Source of the DNA: Camelus dromedarius
Lineage: Eukaryota
Direction of reading: 5' to 3'
Assembly (NCBI RefSeq): GCF_036321535.1
Contig: NC_087436.1
Span: forward strand, 41,976,001 to 42,040,000
DNA length: 64,000 nt
Made by a program: the position numbers and the translations under genes. The notes below the pieces were generated by a model. That model was not told the DNA's origin, ran no database searches, and worked only from the letters and a program-made list of their open reading frames with translations. This document shows positions 14,001 to 28,751 of the stretch, piece by piece. The stretch's first letter is position 1, and the number at the start of each line of letters is the position of its first letter.

Positions 14001-17000
14001 TCACTTTATTTCATTTTGTTTATTCCTACTTCATTCTCCTCTGGCTGCTCCTCAGCAGTAGATATTGTGAAAGTAAAAGTATGAGCTCTTTTCCAAAATA
14101 TGTTGATGTTTTCGTATGTTTGTGTTTCAGGAAACCCAATTATTTTGTCTTAGTTTTTCCATTAGTGGTTTGATAAGGAGTATTTATATAAATACTAAAC
14201 TTGCTGGTATCCACTGAAGAGAGAAAAAGAAAAAGCCTTATCATTTCCATCTATATGGTGTTATCAGCAGATGTCCAAAGGGTTCTGTCACTCAAGTGAG
14301 CTTGAGTTGATATTTATCTATTAAATTTTTCTTTGAGATTCATAAAATTTATGTAAAAATTATTGATAAAATTAATTGGGAGTCTGGCACTTAATTTATA
14401 ATGAATTGTTAGAATGCCTTCAGTTGCTTAGAGTGCAAAACCTCCACTACTATTTGTATCTCAATCATTTCATTTCTTTGTTTATTTGATTTTTTTTCAA
14501 TGAGATCTTCCTGATGTGTTCACTATAAAGTAGTTCTATTGTGTGGATGTTCATGTGTGCAGATGACTCTGTCACGGAACTTGTGGGAATCCTGTCCAGG
14601 GAAGTTGCTCTTTGAGCTGAGTTGCAGGGATTCACCAGACAAATGAGGTAGATGGTGGGGATGGGGAGTTGGGGTTTGCAGTGGGAGATGGCGGAGATGT
14701 AGAACGTTACAGAGGGTGTATGATCATGGCAAGTTGGGGAATTGTCAATGTTTGGGTTTCGCAGGAGTACAGAATGAAGATAAAGTCGTAAGCGTAAAAT
14801 AATAAAAGTTTTTGTATGACATGTTGACAGTTTGAATACTATTACTCTTTTGAAGAGGGAAGAAATTTAAGCAATGGAGTGATTGAATCAAATAATTATT
14901 TGTAGTTCTAGCTGACAATTCAGGGCTTTTGTACACATTCCTTATGCTTACAGTATTTTTGCATTCCCACTACTCCCCCCTTAACCTCATTATTTACCCT
15001 CAGATTTTACATCTAATTTCTCTTCCTCACCTGAGCCTCCTCACAGGTTTAGGTCCACTTTCACTGTTATAGGTACACGTAGAGCTACATGCATAATACT
15101 GTTCACAGTGGTATCTTTGTGTTTGGTGAGTGTTATCTTCCTCACCTGCAACATATGCACCCCCAGGAAGGCAGTACTGGCTCAAGAGGTACTTGTTGAA
15201 TCAGACAGTAAATAAAAATTATGACATCAGATCTGTATGTGTCCACCACATGCTGTTTCCCATGAGTTGATAAAGTTGTATTAGAAAGGAGTCAAGGATG
15301 GAAAGAAAGAAGAAAGAAAATGGAAAGCCCTTTCCTCCTCTTTTGTAATATTAAATGGGTGGCAGGAATGTAACTATTTTCTAGTAACTAAACTCAGAAA
15401 TTATTATTTTATTTTATTTCTCCTGACTATATAAATACTGAAGAACAAGTAATATAATTTCCTTATGCTTCAGAATTTCTTGGTCTATAAAAGGGAGAAA
15501 ATAATATTGCTTCCCTTACTATTTTGCACTGATAGCATGAGATGTGGCAAAAAGCAAGGGCTTTGATTTTTCAGAGAAAATAAATAATTTGGGTACATTT
15601 CTTATTTGCAAAAGGAGAAGTATATATCATTTTTATTATCAAATGATATTTGAGGTGTGTCAGCAACCCATAAACTCTGGGTTTATTTACAGTTTGAATT
15701 CTGCTTGATTGTTTCTCCTGGCTAGAACACATAAATCATGGGATAAAGACATTCTCCTTTACAAGGTGTTTATTTCATTATAGGTTTTGCTTCTGAAAAC
15801 ATTCTTGGTTGTGTTACTTTATTATGCTTTCTGAGCTATTTTTAAATGATAAAATTCCTGTCATTATTCTTTATTTCAGTGAAAAATTGAGTCATCAAAT
15901 GCAGAGCTTGCTTGGTCGGTCAAGACTGCTTTTTGAATTTGATTTTGTTGTCTACCAAGGTACCTCAGCTGTTCCGCCAACAGTTTTTGTTTCTGTTGTT
16001 AGTGTTGCTGATTTTTAGGCCTTTTAAAAAATTATTAATAGAGCAGTTTGCTGGAAACACGAGGTCCATACTTGGTGCTACTTTATAGTCAACACGGACC
16101 ACTGTGCTCAAATGAAGAAGAAGTAGAAGTACAGCCATCTCCATGTCCAGTCCATGAAATTAATGATATGGAAAATGGAAGACCTTCCCAAATGAAACAT
16201 AATTACAGATAATTTAGATGAATGAATTGAACTTATTAAACATAAAAAAATTCAACCCCACAAGCCAAATAGAAAACCCTAGGCTGGATTTCATTACATG
16301 TCACTAGAGGGGAACCACTCTTCCTGTCTATCAGCATTGATCCTATAGATGTGTCTCCACTGAACTTCACACCTAACAGAACAGTCAGTGTTCAATTACG
16401 TCTCTGTGATAACATTAACTAGAGATTTAAGAGTAAAGAAAAGGTCATGTTTGGGGGAGCAGAGAGTTCTTGGGGACTGCCAGCCTCCTTTAGCACTATA
16501 TGAAAATTACTAGCTTAAACAATGTAAAAGACAAGATTTCAAGCATGAAGTGGTTCCCTGATTTATAGTTGTCACTTTTAACACAATTTAAGGTATCCAA
16601 TAATGCCGTTTAGAGTATAAAGTATAAGTGGCAGAATTTTGCTCTTTCTTGAAGCTGTTATTATATCCACTTAAACTCTCTCTCACACACAGGTACACAT
16701 TCAAATCAATCGTGAATAAAAGATGTGACTTGAAAATTGCCATTCTCCTGCAATTTCCTTTCAGAAGTCCATTCTGTAGTTCACTTAAACAACTTGCTCG
16801 AGCAATCAAATCTATATGGGCAGAGCTTTCTGCATGGGCTGAGATGTTATGCTCATAAACACAAAGATTTTAGGAATTATGAGCTATTTAAAGAAATAAG
16901 AAAAGAAACTTTAAACACATCACATTGCCCTAAATTGGAATCACCTTTTATCCCATCTTTTGCTGAATGCATCTTAAAAATCTATATGCTATAGCTTATA

Positions 17001-17214
17001 ATGATTGCTGAATCTTCAGTCATTTAGATTTTGGAAAAGAAGCCCATCCGTACAAGCACAGTGATAGTGACTTACAGTGGAAGGAGTCGTTGGCTCAATG
17101 ACCATGGTTCTGGAAAAGACTTTCTAGAGAGCAGACAAACTCCCAGTAATGTCAGAAGACATTCTTTTTACAGGTTTATGCTTGCAGTAGGTCTGATTAT
17201 ATATCTGTTGAATA

Positions 17215-17885
17215 ACTAATCCATCAATAAGTACTGTTAACTCTACTTTCAAAGTATGTTTCAATTAGTGCTTTTCTCTCCATCTCCACAGCCAGCCTGC
17301 CAGACAATAGCTGCATTCTCTCTCCCCCAGAGAACTGCTACCATTCTGGCCACAAAGACTCCATTATCCCCAGAGCAGTCAGAATGTTATTGTTAAATGC
17401 AAAATAGAGTGTGTCATGGCCATTCTTAAAGCCCTCCAAAGACATCTCACTTAATCTCAGAATAAAATTCAAACTCCGGTCTGTGACCTGGCCCTCTGCT
17501 TGGCTTCTCTGCTTGACCAGGTTCCACTCTGACCGCACCATGCTTTTCCACACAGCCCTTCCGACAAGCCGAGATTGTTTGCCCCCCAGGGCTTTTGCAT
17601 TACCATCACTTTGCTTGGAATGAGCTGCTTCCAGGAATTTGTAAGCCTTGATTTCTTCTCCCTTTTATGTCTCAGATCAGAAGTCACCACCTCTGAGAGT
17701 GGTTGTCTGACCTTTTTCCAGTCATTCTCTTGCACTTTTCTGTCTTATCTGTTCCTGGCATTTTCCACTCTCCAGAGCTCCTCTCTTGATTTATTGCTCA
17801 CCATATGTCTCCCTTCCCCAATTATGTTCCCCACCCTCACACACCAATGATCCACTCCACAGTAGCCCAATGAGCCCAGCAGCGT
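17215..17885 (+). mobile_element. L2 LINE fragment
   Basis: aatccatcaataagtactgttaactctac...cagaataaaattcaaactcc...cccccagggcttttgcattacc, typical L2a 3' region. Confidence 0.8.
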
Positions 17886-18399
17886 TTATGTTGGGGTGGC
17901 GGGTGCAGGGATGATATGTGTGGCATCGAAATCACTAAACCATTTGATGGCTAATCACTGTTTATTCCTGGGTACATATCTTTGTGAGCTCTGGAAGTGA
18001 TCTTTAGCTAAAGATTTAAAGTGTTAATGTGCCAATGAAAGCAGTTCTGTATATTTGATCATTGTTTGTTTATATATTTTGGCCCACAGAGGTAATTTTC
18101 CAATTGTTACGGGAAACAATCTACATACCTGAAGTGTTTTATAATATTTATTATGCAAATTTGACTTAGAGTAATATTTTGTTTTACCTTACCTAATAAC
18201 TGGTTAGATTAATAGCTGCTTAAAATTACAAGAGGTTATGGAGTGATCGTATCTTAAGAAACACAGATCTAAATCTGGAATATGAGGGTAAAATCTACAA
18301 AATCCCTGTGATATCCAAGCCATCTTCAATATTCACTCAAGTGTTGACACCCCCCCCATTATTTTTAGTGTAATAAAGCTCTTTGTTCTAATTATAGTG

Positions 18400-18640
18400 C
18401 CTAGTACTTATTCAACATCAACTATATTTAAAATTCTAAATGCTTTACATGCATTAACTCATTTAATCCTCCCAACAACAATATAGTGAGGATTTTATTA
18501 TTATCCCCATTTTCTGAATGAAGAAATTATCCAGAGACTTAGCTAATTAATCCAATATCATGCAGATAGATAGCAGCGGGGCTACAATTCAAACTCAGGA
18601 GGTCAGGTTCCAAAGCCCCACTCTTTGAGCAGTCCATCGC
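18400..18640 (-). mobile_element. MIR SINE
   Basis: tgctttacatgcattaactcatttaatcctcccaacaac...attatccccattttctgaatgaagaaa. Confidence 0.85.
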
Positions 18641-18784
18641 ACCATCTCTCCAAATCAGGCTGTTCAAAATAGTAACATAATTTGGGAAAAAAATTGATCC
18701 TGTTGAGGGAGAGTGATTTAACAGCAACAACTACTCTATCAACTTCCAAGACTGAATACATTTATGTAATTGCAGATATATCTG

Positions 18785-18826
<42 letters not shown>
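18785..18826. repeat. (TATC)10 tetranucleotide microsatellite
   Basis: Perfect TATC array read directly. Confidence 0.97.
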
Positions 18827-18874
18827 GATACATACCTTTCAGGATTCCATGCTCCTCTCAGAGCTGTAGGCTCC

Positions 18875-19350
18875 TTGATTCATTCAGTAAGCACCTATTA
18901 AGTATGATTAGTGTGCCAGAGATATAAAAAAAATCATGAGTGCAGTCCTCACAGACTGGTGGGAAAAATAAACATACAACAGAAAATTGGGATACAGTTT
19001 AATGAGGGCTGTCACCAAGGCATGGAAATACAGAAGAGGAGAGATTGGCACTGAGTGAAAGCATCAGAAAAGTCTACAAGGACAATGCGACATTTGCCGA
19101 ACAGAATATATCGAGTTTTGACTGTCATGGAAGGGGAAGGGTGTTTCACACCATGAGGAAGCTAATGAGCTAATGAGCTGGAGGCATATAAAGAAAAGAG
19201 TATGGAAAGAATCAGTAACAAAAAGAGGGAAGGATAAGGGTGATGGGAGAGAAGGAGACGGACAGAGGGCTGGGGGCTGCACTGTGAAAATTTTTATGGG
19301 TTATTCGTAGGGGCGCTTAGGTGAGTGATGTGATACTCAGGTTTAGAGAG
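18875..19350 (-). mobile_element. L2 LINE 3' fragment
   Basis: Starts with gattcattcagtaagcacctattaagt...tgtgccag (reverse L2 tail), followed by a purine-rich L2 body. Confidence 0.7.
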
Positions 19351-19432
19351 AATGCTAATATTCTTATTTCTTAACATTCAAACTATTCCATCAAAATAGT
19401 GACTTTCCTTGAAAAAGGATAGTTGTTTGGGT

Positions 19433-19511
19433 TTTTTTTTTTTTTTTTTTTATCAGATTGTGGATTTGCTAGAACTAAACAAAAACAAAAACAAAAACCA
19501 AAACAAAAAAC
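19433..19511. repeat. Poly-T tract and (AAAAAC)n repeat
   Basis: A T run of about 19 nt, then aaacaaaaacaaaaacaaaaaccaaaacaaaaaac. Confidence 0.9.
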
Positions 19512-21504
19512 CCTGTCCTCATCTCAAGGAGCATAGGAGTAAATCTTGTTAGTTCTTTGTTCTCGAGTAAGATAGGGTTATAAGAGACCAACAGTATATG
19601 TCCTCCTTTCTTCCTAGGCTGTCTTTGCGAAATGAACAACCTTAGGACTTCTGAAAATTAGTCTTTTTGAATTGATTTTAAAGCTGAGTAACAAATAGAA
19701 ATACTGCAATTTTGGATCCAGTCTTTGTGTTTTTTTCCCCTTTTCCTTTCTTTTCTTCTGTCTTATCTCCTTCCTCCCTCTATCCTCTCCCTTCCCCTTC
19801 TCCTGCTGCTGTCTTTAATTAACAGCTGCAGCTCATTACTTCTAGAATTATTATATTATTAGACCACAAAAAAGTAGTAATTATACACTATCCACTGACA
19901 ATGTCACTTATAATGATAAAAATAATAGACTCCGATTAACAACCAATGAAGTAGACTTTAAAATGAACTCATATTCAGAAAAACACACAGGCTTTATACT
20001 ACTTTATCTAGTGTCTTTAATGAAATGTTTTCTGTGTTAAAGGAAAACAGAAAGAAATCTGTTCTTAAGATTGTCACTACCCAAGAAAAAAACAACTTTT
20101 TATCTTATAACTTTAAAGATGAAAAGGAGGGCTGTAATTCTTTGCACATTTTGACTGTTAAATAGGTAATTATAAAAGAGAAGTGAATTTAATTTCTTGT
20201 GTATGTGTATATACATATGTATATTTATAGTTTAACTTCTAATTTGACTTATTAACCTCATTGCATCCTATCTGGTGTCACTTGGGGGTAAGTAGTGAGC
20301 CATTAAGAAATAAAACCAAATTCAAGAACATCTGGTCCACTGGCCCCATTATGGCATTAACTATTCTTTCAAGGTTCTCTCTTGGGAATCTGACAGCCTT
20401 GTGGTTTTGTTCTTAGAAGGTTGAGCAGAGGCCACCTATTCATGATTGCTGGAGAACTCCTGAGAGCAGAGGGAGGCTAGTGAGAACATTTGCCTTCAGG
20501 AGTTATCTTACCATGTCACTGGAGGACTTTGCTTTTAGGGTTCATATCTAGCACTTTTGTTAAACAATATGTTATATTCATTTTGTTCTTCACTTTAAAA
20601 AATTCATAAGGATAGTGCCAATTTAATATTTTAAGAGCAAACAAGGATCAGATCAACATCTATAGTAAAGGAGAAATTACAGGACAGACATAAAAAAATG
20701 CCCCTATCTTCACCTGCCACTGTCTGCATCCAAGTTAACCTATTGTCTGTCTGGCAGCGATGCCAGGAGGGAGCAGGAACTTGATGAAACATTAAAGGGA
20801 AACAAGCAGTTGTTCTTGCCTTTCAAAAGTTAGTGATTAAAAACATTAACTGGAAATTCAAGTCCTCCCCATCTCAATTTCCTGCTACCTCAGCTTTCAG
20901 ATGAACTGCAAAATTCAATTTAGGCTGGTACCATGATTGTTGAAGTTTCAAGGAAATCTAGAAAAAAAAGGTACTAATTCTGAAAGAATGATTGTTACCT
21001 TATTAAAAAAAACAAAATGTTCCTCATAGTTTACACACAATCTCCAGCTGGCATTTAAAGGTTATTAAATTGTGTTTGCTGTTTCTCTTGTATGGGTGGT
21101 GAGAAGTAAGGAATTCCCTCTAACATAGTGGTTACAGTCTGTTTAGATATACACCTTCTCCATAAAGATGATTTTGAGCAAGTATACACAAAATATTTAT
21201 AAATATTTACTTATAAATGAAATTTATTCCTATGCATTACTATATAATACACTGAGATCTAAAATAGATATAAATAGAATTATAATATATTTCTGGAAAT
21301 GGGTTTTATTAAACTTCCTGAGGTTCTTACATTCTGGGCACCACTGCAGTAGTAGACTGAAAAGCTGATTAAGAAGCAGAAATGTATTTTAAATGTGTGG
21401 AAGAAATTTCATCTGTTATTGAAATCTGTTTTTTAAAAACAAAAGAAATAGGTAATGACAGTGATCTCATTCTATCCCACCCAAGTTCATTTTTTCTATA
21501 GGCC

Positions 21505-21640
21505 AGTGTTTCTCAAAGTATAAAAGGTAAACTTACTAGAATCATCTGAATCAGAATTTTGAAGTCTGGCTATTTACGAGTAGCATAGTCAATCTTTCAA
21601 GGAATGTTATTGTACGTACTAAAATTTGAAAAGCACTACT
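21505..21640. mobile_element. MER5-like hAT-Charlie MITE remnant
   Basis: Termini cagtgtttctcaaagt ... aaatttgaaaagcacta form degenerate TIRs; internal gaatcagaat motif. Confidence 0.6.
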
Positions 21641-23419
21641 ACAGGTGAAAATAATCAGTTTTGAGGGGGGGAGTAGTGCTTTTTGTTTTGAAAATTTCTG
21701 GAAAATTATAATTCTAACATAGGTAACTTGGGATCAGAAATGTTAATCAATAAAATTCACAGATTCCAAATTAGCCATCTGAGTTTAGAAGTGTCATAAG
21801 GAATTAAGATCACAGCATCCATATTTAACATACAGTAAGTTTTAATGAAATGATACCAAAAGATATGAGTTAATTATTATTTTTGAATAATTATGTGTTT
21901 ATTGTTCTTTCCTTGGCTCATGACTCCGTGGTCAAAAATTGGATGTAGGTTACATTATATGAGCTCAAAAATGTATTAATGCTCCTAAAGAACTTACACT
22001 GTAATATTATGGAGAAAGTCAGATTCGGTAGTCATGTCTTTTGATAAAACGTTGTAAATTTCCATTTGAGTAAGATATAGATATGTTGCATCCACTCTTC
22101 TCTTGGACTTTTACTCATAAAAGTAAATTACTTTTAAGTGGGCTGGATATATAACAATTTATACTCATAATGCCTACATTGGCTGTATAAATAGAAACAA
22201 CTCATTTTATATGACAATGAGTTAATTTATTATTTTGACAGTAATGACCTCAATGGTGAAACAAACACACTAATTCTTGCCCAAAAGAATGGATTCAGGT
22301 ATATTATTCTGTCTACAATTTAATCTGAATGCACAAACATTTCCTGAGAGAATTTTAACCACTTCTGAAGGAACATCTAGCAGTCATCTTTGAGAAAAGG
22401 TGGGATGACAAGTATTCTTGTTAAGCTTCTTGATTTTATTGAGAGATTAATTCTACCACCTTGCTCCCTGCCCTCCATCCTTTATACCTGTTCATGGACC
22501 TGGCTTGTGGTTTAACTGCCAATATGAAAGAGTTGCACTGCAAGTACTTCAGAAAGTGTCATTTCAAATTCATTCTGACACAATACCCATCAAATACCTA
22601 TATTTGGGGTGAAAGATTTAAAGCCTATGAAGTCTTACCATTTTTCCACATGTTCTTAACATCTACTTGAGAATTGGAGCAGATACGAAGAGAGCTGTGT
22701 TCCCAGGTCTTTCACATCACGAACAAGGCAGCTCACTGCCATCATCCTAATAATGAATGTTCTTCAACTAAATTGTGTGTTTGTGTTGCCGTAGGCTTTC
22801 TAAGAAGCGGCTCTGTTGACCTCATTATTTATTGCATTGATAGTGCCATTTTTTGAGGATCTTAAAAGAAATTCCTGACAAAACGTAGTATCAGAGATAG
22901 TTATTCTTCTGAAAATTGGTCTTCTTTATTTTTTTATAAAATGATGATTTCCATAGCCGACTCGTTTCCCCTTTTCACTATTAGAAAGCTTAGAGCCAAA
23001 TTTATGTTCCACTGACAGCAGGTTATTTTTATAAACATGTTTATTAGACTGTGCCTGGCAACATCTAAGCTTGTAAACATTTTCCTCTTTCTCACCTACC
23101 TTTAGTTTATGTTGTACATTCATCTAAGTTCTTTTTATACCCTTTCTGGAACTAGGTAAATGATAGTACTAGAAAGATAGCTAAAATCATGAAAAGACAC
23201 AGGGGATATAAAAATAATTTTAGAGTATTGTAATAATTCCATACTTATTCTAATAAATTTGATGATAAAAAATACGTCAGGAAACCATGGAAGGGTGTTT
23301 TAAAAACTTCACTAACTAGAAATTTAGTAGAAACTACAATAAGGTTACAAAGAAAATAATGTCTAACAGCCACATTAGTTTTATAAATTTTTCTCCATTT
23401 TTCTATGGAAGAACCACAA

Positions 23420-24290
23420 GTGTTATGGAGGTATGTGGTAAGAAAGGTCTCTGTGATGAGGTGATGATCGGCAGGGAGCAAGGTGAACTGAAGCAGTTGT
23501 TAATGTGGACGCCTCATGGAAGAGTGCTCCTGACAGAGAGGCCAGCAAACGCACAGATCCTGGGGCAGAACTTGGTCAGCATGTCTAAGAAATAGAGCTC
23601 CCCGGTGGTTGAGGCACAGGGAGCCAAAGAAGTGATTGGAGATAAAATCAGCAAAGTAACAGGACCCATTCATGCAATGCCTTGCAGGCCATGAAAAGAG
23701 TTTGCATTGTACTCTTTATATTTTTATAAGTATATTTTTACATTTTTATAAGGACTTTGTATTTATATATATATAGACTGTGAGTCATTGGAAGGTTTTG
23801 AATAGGAGGTCTAATACAGTCAGATTATGTTTTAAAATGAAGAGTCTGAGGTCAGCAAGTGTGGAGCAAAGATACCAACTGAGAGGATATCACAAGGCAG
23901 AAATGTAATGCTTGGACTAAGGTGGAAATAGTGGAGATAGTGAGAAATAGTTGAGTATAGAATATATTTTCATTGGTGATGGATTAGATGTGAAATGTGG
24001 AGGAAAGAATAATCAATGATGACCGAAGTGGTTTAGCTTAAAGAAGCAGATGGATGGAAGCACATTTACTAAGATGGGGATATTGAGAGAAGAGTCAGTC
24101 CGGGGAAAGTGCTGTCAACAGTACATTTATTGATAAGTTGATTTTGAGATATACTTTCGGCATTCAAACCATTGTTTGTTATTTGGCTACCTAAGTCTGC
24201 AGCTCAGAACTCTGTTAACAGTGAGATATATTGGCATCAAGATGGCATATAAAGTTACAGGATTGAGTAATGTATCTACAGAATGAAAAA
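23420..24290 (-). mobile_element. L2 LINE fragment
   Basis: gccttgcaggccatgaaaagagttt...cattggaaggttttgaatagg...ggtgatggattagatgtg...catttactaagatgggga. Confidence 0.8.
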
Positions 24291-24408
24291 ATAGATTCAA
24301 TAACATGCAAAATTCTTTCTCATACTTAGGAATCATATCCAGACTGCTATGTCTTACTAGTAATTGCGAGGAAAATCTCATTTTCTCTAGTTCAAAAAAC
24401 CAGCCACT

Positions 24409-24441
24409 ACACACACACATACACACACACACACACACACA
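24409..24441. repeat. (AC)n microsatellite, one interruption
   Basis: acacacacacat followed by (ac)10a. Confidence 0.95.
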
Positions 24442-26399
24442 AGCCACCCCCTTGAATGACTGTCATTATATTGAAATATGATGATGTTTTAGGGTCTCTT
24501 CTTTCTTCTAATAGAAATGTTCATTTCCTGAAATGGCAATTCTGAGAAATTAAGGACATGGATGATTGAGATGAGCTTTCCATTTTTGCTCACATACTAA
24601 AGTTTATGCCTCATTGGATACCTTTAATTTTTCCCCTATTTCTTCACCAAGCTTTCGAGTGGGTCTGAAGAGAAAGTGCTCTGACATATTTAAGGCGTCC
24701 TCAGACAAAATCTGTACCTATGATTGTATCTCTTCAGTGTCTACAAGGTCTCATAGTATCTTTTTTCCAGCTCATCTTTCTTGCTCCTTTGCCATTTTGG
24801 ACGATAAAAACCCAGCTCATAAATGTTTAACGGACAAGATAAGCTAATAAATACAGCTCTAAATATCATCCCCTTACAATAGTCTAAGAATTATCTGTCC
24901 TGGAATAATTCCTTATGCCAACCAAGAAGAGCTCTCTATAAAGCCAAGCTGTTTAAGTCAAAATTTGAAATAAAATCTACATTTCAAATGAGATAATAGC
25001 AACTCTTCTGGCATTTTAATGATACATCTTGCAACTCATCTCAGTAACCTTATAATTTCATATTAATGCAGAAGATTTTCTTTACTAATGAGTAAGGATT
25101 TGCCCAAGGAAATTGGTCATATCTTAATCTATACATTCTTGAATGGCCATTGAATTCATCTAAATTAGAAATTTAGATTTCAAGTAAGTCTTGGCAGTTG
25201 AGATTTTTTAAGCCTCTAATCCTGATGCCATGTCAGCTTAAATGTAATGAATTACCTAACAACCTCTCCATCCTCAATATGCTTTATTCACAGTCATCAT
25301 AATGATTAAGGGCAAACATTAAATTTTTGTATTATCATGGCTGTTGTTTATTTTTCATTGAAAGGTATACCTGAATAGGAGGAGGGAATTTTTTGATAAG
25401 TGAATGTTGAAAATAATAATAAATATTCTTCAATTATAAGGTTTGGGTCAAATCAAAATACTATTTTGGTTAGGATATTGGCAGAGGCATGATACTGAGG
25501 TAATAGAATAAGAACTGGTACATTCCAAGCATTATATTTTGTAACATACTTTTTTGTAAAAATTTCCTTTATTTTTAAATGTAATACTATCAGAACATAT
25601 TCCATATCAGTTAAAAAATTTTTAAAATATATTATTTCAATCCGTGGTTCACTTTCTTTACCATAATTGTGAAAATTAAAAAAAAACTCTGTTTAATCAA
25701 AAATGCTTCAGAATAGTAAAAGTACAAGCTTACAAGCATTAATTTATTGGTCTAAGAAAAAAGACTTGAAAGTTTACTGTTGATGTGTTTATGTGTTACT
25801 ATGTTCCTTGACTTTGCTCTTTTTTTCTGATAGAGTAGAGAGAAATATCTAACCTCAGATAACAAAAATAGTCATCTAAATTCAAATATAATTAATAACT
25901 GAACCTGCACAGTGTCCTGCAGCTGCTAGTCTATAAAATGACTGCATATCACACAGAATGGGAGGACCAAGCATTTTATAGTTAACAAATTCTACATAAT
26001 TACAGAGGAGGTTGGCGTAGTGTTTTTACTGCCCCAGAAGGGGAGAAAGCCTCACCAGAATGTAATTCAGCAGAGTTGACTTTAAATGTTTAAAATTACG
26101 TATTTTTCTGATAACAAAGGCAATAAATGCATGCTTACTGAGGAAAACGTGAAAAATAAAGGAAAATAAAACAAGACAAAATTCATCTACATCCTGCCAT
26201 ATTTAACATTTTAAAGTACCTCAAAGTCCTTTTAAAATATGCATTGCCATAGAATTATACAGTTTCTATCCCATTCCCATTTGTTTAACTTAGTATTATA
26301 ACCTGAGGATTTTCCCCTGACATCAGAATTATTTAAATGTTTCTGCTATAGGCTAAAAATGTGACTTGGGCATTGTTTACTTGATCATGCTCCTGCTGC

Positions 26400-27012
26400 T
26401 GTGTATCTCCTACCAGTGTTTCTCCTTTAATTCACCTTCCACACACCTGCCAGAGATACATCTCATGTTAAACAAAAATCTTTTCAAGTCCTCATGCCTC
26501 TCAAAATTATTTAATGCTTCTCCTTGAAGTCCACACCTCTGAGCACAGATGCGTATCTCTTCTCCATCTGAATCTAGCCAGCGTTGCTCGCCCACCTTTG
26601 CACAGATTGTAACATCCAGCAATGTTGATGTTGGCTGCTTCCCAAGAGCCACTTTTTTTCCTCATGCCTGTAGAATAGAGTCTGTGTTCTTCCCATCCCC
26701 ACATTTGCCTTCTTTGCTTAACTTTTCCCCTTTCCACTCAGTTTAGGTACCACAGCCTCTTGGAAATTCCCTGACCACCCCACTCCAGGGTTGAGTTTGG
26801 TGCTTCCCCTCTCTAAGCTCCTGTAATAGTTTGTACAGACTTCTGAGTACCTATCATCACATATTAAAACCCCCTTTTCACTTGTCTGTTCAGCTCGTGT
26901 ATGCAATGACTCTAGTCTTGACAGACAGGCTTAATTGTGAAAAATAAATGCCCCAGAGTCTCTTCAGAAGACCTGGAGTCCTAGATATGTTTGAGTGCTA
27001 GTTGATTGGATG
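26400..27012 (+). mobile_element. L2 LINE 3' fragment
   Basis: cttccacacacctgccagaga...ggaaattccctgaccacccc...atatgtttgagtgctagttgattggatg. Confidence 0.65.
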
Positions 27013-28725
27013 CTTACCTGTAGTCCAGACAAAGGCTAGATTTATACGTATAATACATATCCTCCAAGTTTAAAGTCAGAAGGTCTAAAACAAGATAGAT
27101 AAAGAATATTATTTTATTCTGCTTCACTACATGTGGCGAAAACTTAATTATTTTACAGATATTGTATCTGTGGCCCCATGTGAAATTGACTGACTTAGGG
27201 AACAAAATTGGTTAACCACATCCATTTGTTTATATCATGGAAGTTTTAAGATTACATTTATAGCGAAAGGTATGTTACTAAAGAATGCATATCTGTAGAA
27301 TAATCTCCCCCAAATATCCCCTTTCATAACAAGAAATGCTGCTAGAGGTGATAACATGATAGAAAAATTACAGTACAAACATTAAAGTCAAAGGGACTTT
27401 TATCATCCAACTTCAGATATGTGATTAAATCTGTTTCTTCCTAACTCAAGCTTTTCTGCACAATTTTTCTTCCTAAATATGATTGTGTAAGTCTATCTTT
27501 CTTTCCAATCCCTCTCCCTCATTTTCCTTCTTAATACAGAGTTCCTAAATGAAGCAAAATATCAGGGTGTGTGGGGACTAATACTTTTCAGCTTCATATT
27601 TTATTGTTAATTATGTTATGACTCATAGAAAAATTGATCCCAAGGTTCATAATTTTTCTTTTTCTAATTTCTTCTGTTCAAAAGCTGCCTTTCCACCACT
27701 TCCTCATTAATATAAACCAATAGTGGTCCTTGTTTGAAAGCACTTCATCAGAATTAGCCTCAAGTGAGTCAGCTAATGCAAGAAATAGTAATAAATGAAC
27801 ATGTGTCAACAAGAGGGCTGTTGAGCAAAAAATTCAGTTACCTTCTAGCACAGACTACAGGATAATTTATTAAAGTGTCAGAAGCAAACCTTCAAGGTAA
27901 AAAATAGCTCATACAGAATTCTCTGATTACCCAAAATGAATCTTTAATGTAAGTAAAAGGTGAAGAACAGAATTGCAACTGTGCTGTTCACCATTCAAAA
28001 TTAATTGGAAAATCGTTGATCCGAAAATACCATATACTCTAAAAGTGATTATATAGTGAATAAAATTAATTCCAAGGATTGTTTACACATAGGAGAGCTC
28101 CAAAATGAGTGTTAATTACCATTTGCAAGTGCTTTGAATGATAAACGTTATTTTTTTAAAAAAAATGCACAAAAGCAGCTAAACAGAGGAAAACAAAGAG
28201 AAAGTCATGAAAACAAAAAACTTATCTTTTGTATCTCAGTTTTACTAGTTCTTCGCAGTTTTTTGTAACTTACACTTTAAAAGGCATTCTTAATCTAAGG
28301 TAAAGTCAAATAAAGCTCTTTCTCTCCACTTACAAGGACATTCTGATTAAAAAGTCAGATTAAGTCCTCTCTGTGAGTAGCTGGTAAGTTGATAAGAAGT
28401 CCCTATTAACACATCACAGAGAGGTTGAATTTGTGTGTGCTACACAATGGCTTTAAGGAGAAGCTAAATATTATCTGTATATTTCTATCCAGGATGAATA
28501 GCTCACTTAACAAGCTTTATTATCACAAATTAGCAATGAAGTGGTCCAGGGATGCATAATTTAGGAATTTTATAGGGTACTACATTAATTAGGTTGAAGC
28601 TATACATGTACCACAGACTGATCTGTAAGAGGTGGAAAAAAAGAAATAATTTCCACCATACCACTATATTTTGGGCAGGGTGGATGAAGAAAGAAACTGA
28701 CTTCAAACAAATTATTAGAGCCTTT

Positions 28726-28751
28726 TTTGTTTGTTTGTTTGTTTGTTTGTT
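28726..28751. repeat. (TTTG)n microsatellite
   Basis: About 6 perfect TTTG units. Confidence 0.93.
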